64,000 nucleotides of DNA from an uncultured Gammaproteobacteria bacterium. Its GTDB lineage: Bacteria; Patescibacteriota; Microgenomatia; UBA8517. Each line of letters begins with the position of its first letter. Position 1 is the first letter of the stretch. A model generated the notes under the pieces. It ran no database searches. It saw nothing but the letters and a program-made list of their open reading frames with translations, and was not told where the DNA came from. Both the position numbers and the translations under genes were made by a program. Positions 8,629 through 17,593 of this stretch are shown one piece after another. Where the stretch lies: NCBI GenBank assembly GCA_964431555.1, contig CAYSJW010000009.1, forward strand, positions 10,413 through 74,412, written 5' to 3'.

Positions 8629-10548
8629 ATGTCAGTAAAGTATTCAAAAGAAAATACACTATTAGGATTAAACGAAAAACAAATCGAGGCGGTTACCTTC
8701 GAAGGAGGTCCCCTTTTGGTTCTAGCTGGAGCAGGAAGTGGAAAAACAAAAGTCTTAACTCACAGAGTCGCCTGGTTTATAGCCCAAGGAAAAGTTCAAC
8801 CAGAAGAAGTTCTTTTGTTAACTTTCACCAACAAAGCAGCCGGCGAAATGAAAGAAAGAGTAATTAAACTAACAAAAAGTGTCCCTGCCTTTGCTGGAAC
8901 TTTCCATTCTTTTTGTGTGAAATTGCTTAGAAAAAGCGGTAGGGTAATTGATATTCCAGCCAACTTTCTTATTTTTGATGAAGAAGATAGCAAAGAAATC
9001 ATAAAAGAAGTCATTTCGAGATTAAATCTACCTACTGACAAATTCAACCCTAACACAGTTGCCTCACAAATATCCGAAGCCAAAAACCAGACACTCACCC
9101 CCCTACAATACGCAGAATTCACCCAAGGAGAGTGGCAGGAAAAGGTATTCAAAATATGGATTGAGTATGAAAAAAGCCTAAAAAAAATCGGCGCTCTTGA
9201 CTTTGACGATCTACTTTTAAAAACTGTGCAACTTTTCGATGAAAGTAAAAGCACACTTTCTTATTGGCAAACTATCTTAACCCACGTTTTTGTAGATGAG
9301 TGGCAAGATACAAACAAAGTCCAATATAAACTAACCAAACAAATTGTCGGGGAGAAAGAAAACTTAACCGCTGTTGGTGATGCCTCTCAATCAATATATT
9401 CTTGGAGAGGAGCCGACTACAGAAATATAAACTATCTCATACAAGACTTCCCTGGCATAAAGGTAATAAATCTAGAACAAAACTATCGCTCCACTCAAAT
9501 AATCCTAGATGCCGCAAACTCAATTATCAAAAAAAACACTTCTCACCCAATCTTAAAATTGTGGACAGAAAAAAAAGCAGGCCAAAAAATAAAAATATAT
9601 AGAAGTTCAAGCGAAGTGGATGAGGCATCTTTCATCTTAAAAGAGATCGATAAACTAATCTTTCAAGGCGCACAATACAAAGACATTGCAATTCTTTACC
9701 GAACAAACGCCCAGTCTCGTGTACTGGAAGAAAGTTTCCTCCATGCAGGGATTCCATATACTCTTGTAGGAGGAGTAAGATTCTACTCGAGGCGGGAAAT
9801 AAAAGATGTACTTTCTTTTTTACGATTGCTAATAAATCCAAATGATTCAGTATCTGAAAGACGTATTAAAAAAATTGGGAAAAGACAGTACGAAAAATTT
9901 TTAAAATTCTCCGAAAAACTTTCTTCTGATTGGCAAAATACAATGACTACATTAAACATTCTGGATCAAATCATCGAAAGTACTGACTACCTCTCAAAAT
10001 ATAAATTAGAAAATGAAGAAAACTTAGCCAGGCTGGAAAATATAAAGGAACTTCGATCCGTCGCGACTGAATTTCCTGACATTAACGAATTCCTTGAAAA
10101 TGTAGCGCTCATTGAAGCGGAACAGCTTGACTCTGGAAAAATCCAATCACAAGCCGCCAACAACCAATCACCACGTAACGCAGTTACACTCATGACCCTT
10201 CATTCAGCAAAGGGGTTGGAATTTCCGATTGTTTTTATAGTCGGAATGGAGGAGGGTCTTTTTCCTCATTCAAGGAGCCTTTTTGACATAGACCAACTTG
10301 AAGAAGAAAGACGTTTAGCTTATGTCGGAATAACCAGAGCCAAAGAAATCCTTTACCTAACGTACGCCATAAAAAGACTTTATTTTGGTCAAAGAACATC
10401 CAATACTCCCTCAAGATTTATAGTTGACATACCTGAAAACTTACTGGAAGGGGTAGAAGGAAATTTTAAAAGGTACTATACAAATGATACAAACGATAAA
10501 CTCAACGATTATTTTAAAAACGAAATCGACGATATCATAAATTTCTAA
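8629..10548 (+). CDS. pcrA: ATP-dependent DNA helicase PcrA/UvrD
   Basis: AGAGSGKT, TFTNKAA, VDEWQD, VGDASQSIYSWRG, EQNYRS, HSAKGLEF, EEERRLAYVGITRA. Confidence 0.95.
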   Translation: MSVKYSKENTLLGLNEKQIEAVTFEGGPLLVLAGAGSGKTKVLTHRVAWFIAQGKVQPEEVLLLTFTNKAAGEMKERVIKLTKSVPAFAGTFHSFCVKLLRKSGRVIDIPANFLIFDEEDSKEIIKEVISRLNLPTDKFNPNTVASQISEAKNQTLTPLQYAEFTQGEWQEKVFKIWIEYEKSLKKIGALDFDDLLLKTVQLFDESKSTLSYWQTILTHVFVDEWQDTNKVQYKLTKQIVGEKENLTAVGDASQSIYSWRGADYRNINYLIQDFPGIKVINLEQNYRSTQIILDAANSIIKKNTSHPILKLWTEKKAGQKIKIYRSSSEVDEASFILKEIDKLIFQGAQYKDIAILYRTNAQSRVLEESFLHAGIPYTLVGGVRFYSRREIKDVLSFLRLLINPNDSVSERRIKKIGKRQYEKFLKFSEKLSSDWQNTMTTLNILDQIIESTDYLSKYKLENEENLARLENIKELRSVATEFPDINEFLENVALIEAEQLDSGKIQSQAANNQSPRNAVTLMTLHSAKGLEFPIVFIVGMEEGLFPHSRSLFDIDQLEEERRLAYVGITRAKEILYLTYAIKRLYFGQRTSNTPSRFIVDIPENLLEGVEGNFKRYYTNDTNDKLNDYFKNEIDDIINF

Positions 10549-10553
10549 ATTTC

Positions 10554-11579
10554 ATGGAAACAAAAGAAATATTAAAAAAGGAAAATTTTAATAAAACCTC
10601 TCTTCATCCACTTCAATCTTGGGAATGGGGAGAGTTCAGAAAAGAATGGGGTAATAAAGTAGTAAGATTTCCATTTGGCCAGATAATATTTTCAAAAATT
10701 CCCTTGACAAAACTTAAAATCGGAACCTTTATAAAGGGACCAAAACCGACTCAAAAAATGATTCAAACATTAAAAAGACTAGGAAAGAAAGAAAACGCTT
10801 TGTTTATTAAATTGGAACCAAATGTAATAGTAAATTCAAAATTCAAATTTCAAGATTTAAAATTACAAACCAGAAATGAAAGAAGGATAATTAAATTATT
10901 AGAAGATAACCATTTCGTAAAAGGAAAAACACTATTTACTCCCACCTCGTTCTGGATTGATTTAACTAAATCTGAAGAAGAGCTGATGCAAAATTTCTCA
11001 AGCAAAACTCGTTACAACATTCGCTTGGCACAAAGGCATGAAGTTAAAATAACTGAGGACAATTCCGATCTCGCCTTTGAAAAATATCTTGAATTAACTC
11101 GAGAAACAGTTAAACGACAGAGTTTTTACGCCCACACTGAAAAATACCACAGATTGATGTGGAAACATTTACATAAAATCCCGATTTCAAAATCTCAAGA
11201 ACCAATCGCAAGACTTTTGACAGCTAAATATAAGGGTGAGGTCATAACAACTTGGATTGTCTTCGTCTGGAAAGACTTTCTTTACTACCCCTACGGGGCA
11301 TCTTCCTACAAGTATAAGAATGTTATGGCAAATAACCTAATGATGTGGGAGGCAATTCGCTTCGGTAAGAAACTGGGCTTAAAAACTTTTGATCTCTGGG
11401 GCAGAGAAGAAGGAAAAGGTTTCACTAAGTTTAAAGAAGGCTACAATCCGCAAATTGTTGAATTTTTGGGAAGTTGGGATCTAATAACTTCACCCTATTA
11501 CAAACTTTATAAAATTGTCGAAAGTCTTCGCTGGCAAATCCTAAGAACTAAAAACAAATTCATAAAACCAAAGTTTTAA
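10554..11579 (+). CDS. FemABX-family peptidoglycan bridge peptidyltransferase
   Basis: HPLQSWEWGEF, KTRYNIR, YYPYGAS, 'MWEAI', GFTKFKEG. Confidence 0.9.
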   Translation: METKEILKKENFNKTSLHPLQSWEWGEFRKEWGNKVVRFPFGQIIFSKIPLTKLKIGTFIKGPKPTQKMIQTLKRLGKKENALFIKLEPNVIVNSKFKFQDLKLQTRNERRIIKLLEDNHFVKGKTLFTPTSFWIDLTKSEEELMQNFSSKTRYNIRLAQRHEVKITEDNSDLAFEKYLELTRETVKRQSFYAHTEKYHRLMWKHLHKIPISKSQEPIARLLTAKYKGEVITTWIVFVWKDFLYYPYGASSYKYKNVMANNLMMWEAIRFGKKLGLKTFDLWGREEGKGFTKFKEGYNPQIVEFLGSWDLITSPYYKLYKIVESLRWQILRTKNKFIKPKF

Positions 11580-11581
11580 TC

Positions 11582-12409
11582 ATGGTCGATCTTCGCCAAA
11601 CCCCCCAATATGCAACCTTTATGAAATCAATTGGCTGGGTTGTAGAAAGAGAAAATGCTATAAATTACTTTATTAAAAAAATACCTTTTATCGGTTCATT
11701 TATAAAAATTCAACGCCCCAATAGAATTGATATAGAGCGTATCGACAATCTAATTCACAAATACAAAGCATTCCAGATTGTAATTGAGCCCAAAGACACT
11801 AATCAACAATCATTAATCACAAATTCCGGCTTTCGACAAAGCCGGATTCCCTTTATTCCCGCAAAAACTATTTATATAAATCTAACAAAATCGGAAAAAC
11901 AACTTCTCTTCGAAATGCATTCTAAAACCCGATATAACATAAAGAAAGCTACAAACAATAAACTACAAGTAACACATTCTAATAAAATAGAAGAATTTGC
12001 CGAATTCTGGCAAAAGTGTGCCTTAAAACAAAGAGGAATGTTTTTAAGCCAAAAAAAAGAAATTGTCAATCTATATAAAGCCTTTGGAAAAAACATCCAT
12101 CTTATCTTTATACACAAAAAGGGAGAAATTCTTTCAGGTGTCTTAATGCCAACCAGTAAAGAAATTGCCTACTATATGTATGCTGCCTCCTCCGATATTG
12201 GGAAAAAGCTATTTGCACCCACCCTGAATACATGGGAGGCAATAAAATTAGCCAAAGGAAAAGGATGTGAAATTTTTGATTTCGAAGGAATATTCGATGA
12301 ACGTTTTCCTTTAAAATCCTGGATTGGTTTCACAAGATTCAAGAAAAGTTTTGGTGGAACTGAAATCAAATATCCTGGAGCATTTACAAAATACTTCTTT
12401 CCTTTTTAA
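11582..12409 (+). CDS. Second FemABX-family (tRNA-dependent GNAT) peptidyltransferase
   Basis: DLRQT, KTRYNIK, YYMYAAS, WEAI, GFTRFKKSFGG. Confidence 0.88.
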   Translation: MVDLRQTPQYATFMKSIGWVVERENAINYFIKKIPFIGSFIKIQRPNRIDIERIDNLIHKYKAFQIVIEPKDTNQQSLITNSGFRQSRIPFIPAKTIYINLTKSEKQLLFEMHSKTRYNIKKATNNKLQVTHSNKIEEFAEFWQKCALKQRGMFLSQKKEIVNLYKAFGKNIHLIFIHKKGEILSGVLMPTSKEIAYYMYAASSDIGKKLFAPTLNTWEAIKLAKGKGCEIFDFEGIFDERFPLKSWIGFTRFKKSFGGTEIKYPGAFTKYFFPF

Positions 12410-12517
12410 TTAAATTCTTCTTCGACTCCCAGCTTATCAATTAATTCCAGTTCATCTACCCCTGTCCCCTTCCCCTTTTCTCTTTTGGCGGTATTTTCCC
12501 ATCTTTTTAACTCTCCC

Positions 12518-15493
12518 TTACTTTCTATCCTCCCTGCAGAATAATTTATACTCACAGCTTTCACAAAGTATGTTTCCGGAGCACTTGAAATCAGATTCCT
12601 CTATCTGTTTTTTATAATCTAATATTTCCTCTTTTGCCTTCTCAATTTGTTCTGCAGTTCTTCTTGTTGTAACAATTTGTGGCTTATCAAAATAGTACAA
12701 AGAAAGTTTTACCTCATCCGGTTTTCTATTGAAAGGATACTCCGGAATTAACGTTGCTGCTAAAGCATAAATCGATAACTGCAAGTCGGAATCAGCTTCT
12801 TTTTGAGTCAAAGGATTAGCTCCAGTTTTGTAATCAATTATATTTACTCCACCTTCGTCCTCATCCACTCTATCCATCTTTCCGCCAACTCTTAAGTTTC
12901 CGACTCTCACCACAAACGGTTGTTCTGTTTGAATAGGAATAACTTTCGGATCAAAAAGATTGATGTAATAATGCTTCAAAAATTTCTTCATTTTCTCAAA
13001 AGAACGTTTTTCATGACTTTTTCCTAAATATCCCTCTGAAATCCACTTCTCCTCTAGAATTTTAAAGATCAAAGAAAGACTCATCTTTTTCCCAGCTTTA
13101 ACTAAATCGTAAAAAGTTTTCATAACTGAATGAAAGGTATTCCCAAAACTTTGCGAAGATGTTGGCGGAGTCGGGAGCTGGTAAATATATTTAAGTTTAT
13201 AATGCAAGGGACAGGTTCTAAAAGTTTCTATTTGGGAGTAGGAAAGATAATCGACATGGAATTCAAATTCTTTATCATCGGCCAAAGTACTCAAAGATGA
13301 AGGTTGAAAATCAAGAAAGCTTAATTGGACATTACCTTCTGCAAATTTTTCGCTAACTCCAGCTTTTTCACCGAGTGACTCAAAAATAAAGGGGGAAAGT
13401 TTCTTTTCCCTTCTGCTATCTCCATAAAAGTTAGCCGCAGTAAAATAAAGTCTGTCCATCGCCCGTGTCATCCCTACATAAAAAAGCCTCCTTTCTTCTT
13501 GAAGATGATAATCCCCTTGTGGCAATACTTCCTTTATCAGCTCATCAGGTATTGGTATTTGTTCTCTTCTTTCATTTGTTGGAAACCTTTGCGAAACAAG
13601 ATTAACCAAAAAGACAATCGGAAATTCCAATCCCTTGGCTGAATGAATCGTTAAAATGTTAACCGCATTCTCTTTTGAAAAATCAAAATCGTAAGCTAAA
13701 GGTGATTCTCCTAACTCGCTCGCCAATTCTATCCAATCCACCACAGATGATACACTAGCATCTTCATGCTCAGTTTCATAGGTTTTCAATTTTTCAAAAA
13801 ACTTTGAAATATTCAAAGCTCTTCTTTCTGCCTCTGCCGAATCGGGACTAAGGTATTTCTGCAACAATCCAGTATCCTGTAAAAAATAATACAATAATTG
13901 ACCAGCTGTTTCTTTGCTTACTTTTTTTATATGCCTATCAATGACACTAATCAACTTGACAATTTTCTCCCTCGTTTCCTGCTTAACAAAAATTTCGTCA
14001 ACTCTCTCACACGCACTATATAAAGAAATATTTTGCCTCCTGGCAAAATTAGATATCCTAATGATGTCTTTTGCATCTATATCAAAATAATCAATAGACA
14101 AAAGCCTATAAAAAGAAACAGAATCATCAAGATCATACAAAACCTTTAAATACGCTATAAGGTCGATAATTTCCGGCTGTTTAAAGAGTCTACCCGGACC
14201 CAAAAATTGGTATGGAATTGAATGCCTTTGTAAGGATCTAATAAAAGGTTCCGAATGATTATTTGCTCTCACTAAAATAGCAATATCTTTATATGTGTAA
14301 TTTTGCTCTCTTTGTTTATTCTTTGAAGTAATCTTTAAAATTTCTCTGGCTACTGCCTCCGCCTCATCTTCAACTCTCTCTTTGTGAATAAAACAGATAG
14401 GTTCCCCATCTTTCAAATCCCTAAAACTTATTAAATTTTTATCAATCCCAAGTTTAGCCTCTAATGTATCCGGATTGTTAAACTGAATCAACCTATAAGC
14501 ACAATCCAAAATTGATTGAGTAGACCGATAATTCTTGGTTAAAACAATTGTTTCAGCATTTTTATAATCTTTCTTAAAATACAAAATATTTGATACTGCA
14601 GCACCTCTGAATTTATAAACAGATTGCGAATCATCTCCAACAACTGTTAAGTTCCCTTTACTTTCGGGAGGAACAAGAAGTTTAAGTAATTCATACTGTG
14701 CAATATTAGTATCTTGAAACTCGTCAACTAAAATGTATTTAAACTGCTTCTGGTAATCTTTCAAGATATTTTTTCTCTTTCTGAAAAGGTACAAAGTTTT
14801 AACAATTAAGTCACCAAAATCCATGAAACCCTCTCTTACTTTTAGTTCGTCATATTTCCCGTAAGCCTTTGCCAATTCCATCCATTTAGAATTCTCCTCC
14901 ATCAATACACTTAGTTCCTCCTTAGTATATCTTTTACTCTTGCCTTTTATTTTTCCTTTCGCCAATTTTAATTTCTGATTTTTAATTTTTGAATTCACCC
15001 AGCTTAAGTATTGATGTGGTGTCACATCCTCATCTTGTAATCTTGAAAAATGCTGAATCATCCCTTCAACAAATTTAGTAGGATTTCCCAAAGGCCGAAA
15101 GTAATCTAAATCAAATTCAAATAAATTTTTCCTGACAAACTGAATTATCTCCGAATTAGTTAAAAGCCTATATTTTGTACTTAATCCTATGTGTAAAGCA
15201 TTATCTCGCAAAATACGATCGCAAAAAGAGTGAAATGTAGAAATCCACATCTGTGTATAACCCAAAGGAAGTGCAACGTCTACCCTTTCTTCCATTTCAT
15301 GAGCCGCTTTTTCAGTAAAGGTTAATGCCAAAATTTCCGAAGGTCTCGCCAAATCTTTTTTGATTAGATATTTTATCTTTTCAGTTACAACCGTAGTTTT
15401 ACCCGTTCCTGCTCCGGCAATAATCAAAAGTGGGCCATCAAAATACTCAACTGCCCTTTTTTGTTCCTCATTAAGTTTTTTTCTATCTTCCAT
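12518..15493 (-). CDS. UvrD-like helicase fused to a PD-(D/E)xK nuclease with a 1+3 Cys pattern (AdnA/B- or AddA/B-like)
   Basis: AGAGTGKT and VDEFQD helicase motifs; C-terminal LSYSQ..CP, GKMDRVD, IIDYKTG, QLSIYA, C-x2-C-x5-C. Start MEDRKK (15493) preferred. Confidence 0.9.
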   Translation of the reverse strand: MEDRKKLNEEQKRAVEYFDGPLLIIAGAGTGKTTVVTEKIKYLIKKDLARPSEILALTFTEKAAHEMEERVDVALPLGYTQMWISTFHSFCDRILRDNALHIGLSTKYRLLTNSEIIQFVRKNLFEFDLDYFRPLGNPTKFVEGMIQHFSRLQDEDVTPHQYLSWVNSKIKNQKLKLAKGKIKGKSKRYTKEELSVLMEENSKWMELAKAYGKYDELKVREGFMDFGDLIVKTLYLFRKRKNILKDYQKQFKYILVDEFQDTNIAQYELLKLLVPPESKGNLTVVGDDSQSVYKFRGAAVSNILYFKKDYKNAETIVLTKNYRSTQSILDCAYRLIQFNNPDTLEAKLGIDKNLISFRDLKDGEPICFIHKERVEDEAEAVAREILKITSKNKQREQNYTYKDIAILVRANNHSEPFIRSLQRHSIPYQFLGPGRLFKQPEIIDLIAYLKVLYDLDDSVSFYRLLSIDYFDIDAKDIIRISNFARRQNISLYSACERVDEIFVKQETREKIVKLISVIDRHIKKVSKETAGQLLYYFLQDTGLLQKYLSPDSAEAERRALNISKFFEKLKTYETEHEDASVSSVVDWIELASELGESPLAYDFDFSKENAVNILTIHSAKGLEFPIVFLVNLVSQRFPTNERREQIPIPDELIKEVLPQGDYHLQEERRLFYVGMTRAMDRLYFTAANFYGDSRREKKLSPFIFESLGEKAGVSEKFAEGNVQLSFLDFQPSSLSTLADDKEFEFHVDYLSYSQIETFRTCPLHYKLKYIYQLPTPPTSSQSFGNTFHSVMKTFYDLVKAGKKMSLSLIFKILEEKWISEGYLGKSHEKRSFEKMKKFLKHYYINLFDPKVIPIQTEQPFVVRVGNLRVGGKMDRVDEDEGGVNIIDYKTGANPLTQKEADSDLQLSIYALAATLIPEYPFNRKPDEVKLSLYYFDKPQIVTTRRTAEQIEKAKEEILDYKKQIEESDFKCSGNILCESCEYKLFCREDRK

Positions 15494-15605
15494 CGAAATA
15501 AATTCTACCACCCTATATAAACCTATACACCGTCAATTTGATAAAAGTAGACCAATAAACGCTTCCAAAAAGGCTAAAATGATAAATGCAAAAATAATAT
15601 ATTTA

Positions 15606-16562
15606 CTATTTACTTAACCTAGGTATTTTAGAGTCTTCTCCTTTTATACTTTCGGTTGAAGTTATTTTCTGACCCAGCCTACCAAATAGAGAATAAACAT
15701 CACCCATGACATTAAATGCATTGGTTAGATGTCTTTGTAAAACATCCAAATGTTCCCCAACCTTGTCATAATCTTTCTTTATGGCTCTTATAGAAGCCAA
15801 GATTTCCTTTGCTCTCATTTCAATTTTCTGGCCCTCAAAACTCATGAGTATTGCTTTCATATATGCATAAAAAGTAGTTGGAGAAACAGGTAATACTCTC
15901 TTCCTGCCAGCATAATCAAAAAGATCCTCATCGTTAACAATTTCATAGTAGACAGCTTCGCTAGGTAAATACATCAAAGCATAATCAATCGTACCTTCTT
16001 CCGTTAAGATATATTTTCGCGAAATATCATCGATGTGTTTTTTTACATCTTTCCTGAACTCCCTTTGATAAATTTTTGCCTCCGTTTCATCTTTTGTTTT
16101 ACTCATTTTGGAAAAATTTTCCATGGGAAACTTAGAATCAATTGGAATTATTCCTGCCGATGTTTTTATCGCTGCGTCAACTTTTTCTCCAGACTTAAAT
16201 GTATATTGAAGATAAAATGATTGTTTTGGCAAAAATTGTGAAAGAAGCTCCTTCAAAACTTGTTCACCAAAATTTCCGCGAATTTTTGGACTCCTCAAAA
16301 ATTCTTGCAATTCTCTCATTCCCCGACCTATCTCAACCATCTCTCCAATACTTTTTTGGACTGAAGAAATAACTCTTGCTGCGTTATCTAATCTTTCATT
16401 AAAAATTTTGCCTTGTTCATTTAAACGAAGATTTGTAGTTTTAAGATATTCCAAAAGTTCATCCGAAGCACCTTTCTTCTGCACAAAATCATTAAGGCGT
16501 TTATTCAAAAACAAGCCTAATAAAAACAGCCCAACAAGCAAAACTAAAATAAAAATCTCCAT
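15606..16562 (-). CDS. rmuC: DNA recombination protein RmuC
   Basis: N-terminal TM and coiled coil; RGNFGE, IDSKFP, KKHIDDISRKYI, SPTT. Confidence 0.92.
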   Translation of the reverse strand: MEIFILVLLVGLFLLGLFLNKRLNDFVQKKGASDELLEYLKTTNLRLNEQGKIFNERLDNAARVISSVQKSIGEMVEIGRGMRELQEFLRSPKIRGNFGEQVLKELLSQFLPKQSFYLQYTFKSGEKVDAAIKTSAGIIPIDSKFPMENFSKMSKTKDETEAKIYQREFRKDVKKHIDDISRKYILTEEGTIDYALMYLPSEAVYYEIVNDEDLFDYAGRKRVLPVSPTTFYAYMKAILMSFEGQKIEMRAKEILASIRAIKKDYDKVGEHLDVLQRHLTNAFNVMGDVYSLFGRLGQKITSTESIKGEDSKIPRLSK

Positions 16563-16622
16563 AAATATACCTTTATCAAATTATCATTTTAACACCTAAA
16601 TAATATAAAATGGAATTAAATT

Positions 16623-16961
16623 ATGAGCAAAATTAAAATTAGACAAAGGGAAATTAAACTTAGAAAAAATTTTTTCTTTACGCTTTTATTAACCATATCT
16701 TTTTGGATACTTTTAGGCTGTCTGATTTTCTTTACAGACCCGTCAGGTTTCGGATCAATAACTCTTTTCTTCTTACTAACTTTCATAGCACTTACCTTTA
16801 CCTTTTCAATTGTTTTTATAAACACAAGAAGGGGAATAATATCGGCGATAGTTTTAGTAATTTTTCTTTTTTTTAGATTTTTAGGAATAGGCAATCTCCT
16901 AAACTTCCTTTTATTACTTGGAATCGGATTAACAATAGAGTACTTTTTATCGAACAAATAA
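16623..16961 (+). CDS. Small 4-TM hypothetical membrane protein
   Basis: 112-aa hydrophobic ORF with an ATG start; more plausible than the antisense ORF. Confidence 0.75.
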   Translation: MSKIKIRQREIKLRKNFFFTLLLTISFWILLGCLIFFTDPSGFGSITLFFLLTFIALTFTFSIVFINTRRGIISAIVLVIFLFFRFLGIGNLLNFLLLLGIGLTIEYFLSNK

Positions 16962-16971
16962 TTTAAAGCTA

Positions 16972-16999
16972 TTGACATAATTAATCTTCTTGATATACT
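16972..16999 (+). promoter_or_regulatory. Sigma70 promoter of the trpR-like/leader/metG unit
   Basis: TTGACA (16972-16977), 16 nt, TGaTATACT (extended -10, hexamer 16994-16999). Confidence 0.7.
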
Positions 17000-17053
17000 G
17001 CAATTAGTCTTTTAAAAAGGACTTCATTAAAATAAAGTCTGCCTCCGAAAAAT

Positions 17054-17407
17054 ATGAGAACATCAGATAAAATTCTTAACCCTTCTTTAAAGAAAGAAAT
17101 CGAAAATACATTTGCTCAAACCATTGCAGATCTTAAAGATATTTCTGAAGCAAAAACTTTTCTCAAAGATTTTTTTAACGAAAGCGAAAATGAGGCATTC
17201 GCAAAAAGACTTGCAGTGGCTTACTGGCTTAGAAAAAAAAGATCATACAATAACATTAAAGAAAATTTAAAAGTATCAAGCGCAACAATAGCATCTGTTC
17301 AATCCATGATGGAAAAACCAGGCTTCAAACTCGCACTCAAAAAAATAGAAGCCGAAGAGTGGGCTAGCAAATGGGCTGAAAAAATAAAGAAATTTGTTAA
17401 ACAATAA
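17054..17407 (+). CDS. TrpR-like (YerC/YecD family) helix-turn-helix protein
   Basis: FLKDFF.ESE.EAFAKRLAVAYWL..SY..IKENLKVSSATIA pattern. Confidence 0.85.
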   Translation: MRTSDKILNPSLKKEIENTFAQTIADLKDISEAKTFLKDFFNESENEAFAKRLAVAYWLRKKRSYNNIKENLKVSSATIASVQSMMEKPGFKLALKKIEAEEWASKWAEKIKKFVKQ

Positions 17408-17424
17408 AAATCCTAAACAATACC

Positions 17425-17466
17425 ATGAAAAAAGAAAACAAAATGATGATGCAATCAAACTTCTAG
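17425..17466 (+). CDS. Leader peptide MKKENKMMMQSNF (metG attenuator)
   Basis: ATG AAA AAA GAA AAC AAA ATG ATG ATG CAA TCA AAC TTC TAG; three tandem Met codons immediately before alternative hairpins, upstream of metG. Confidence 0.8.
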   Translation: MKKENKMMMQSNF

Positions 17467-17517
17467 GAAAGGAGGTTTGATCTGCAAAAGGGAAAGACCT
17501 CCATAAGGAGGTTTTTT
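17451..17517 (+). promoter_or_regulatory. Transcription attenuator with 1:2, 2:3 and 3:4 alternative hairpins
   Basis: 1:2 ATCAAACTTC(17454-63)/GAGGTTTGAT(17472-81); 2:3 GGAGGTTT(17471-78)/AGACCTCC(17495-502); 3:4 terminator AAAGACCTCC-ATAA-GGAGGTTTTTT (17493-17517). Confidence 0.8.
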
Positions 17518-17593
17518 GTGCGATAATTAAATGAAAAATATTCAGACCTATTTGGAAGTTTCAAATAATTTAACATTATAGTCTAATCAATCT

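Noticed and set aside
12410-12517. Purine-rich minus-strand stretch with a 16-codon ORF (MGKYRQKRKGEGDRGR) or a frameshifted helicase tail
   Set aside because: Too short, with no motif; the helicase already ends properly after its last Cys.
12518-13260. Cas4-like nuclease as evidence of CRISPR-Cas
   Set aside because: It is the C-terminal domain of a UvrD-type helicase-nuclease, with no array or other cas genes.
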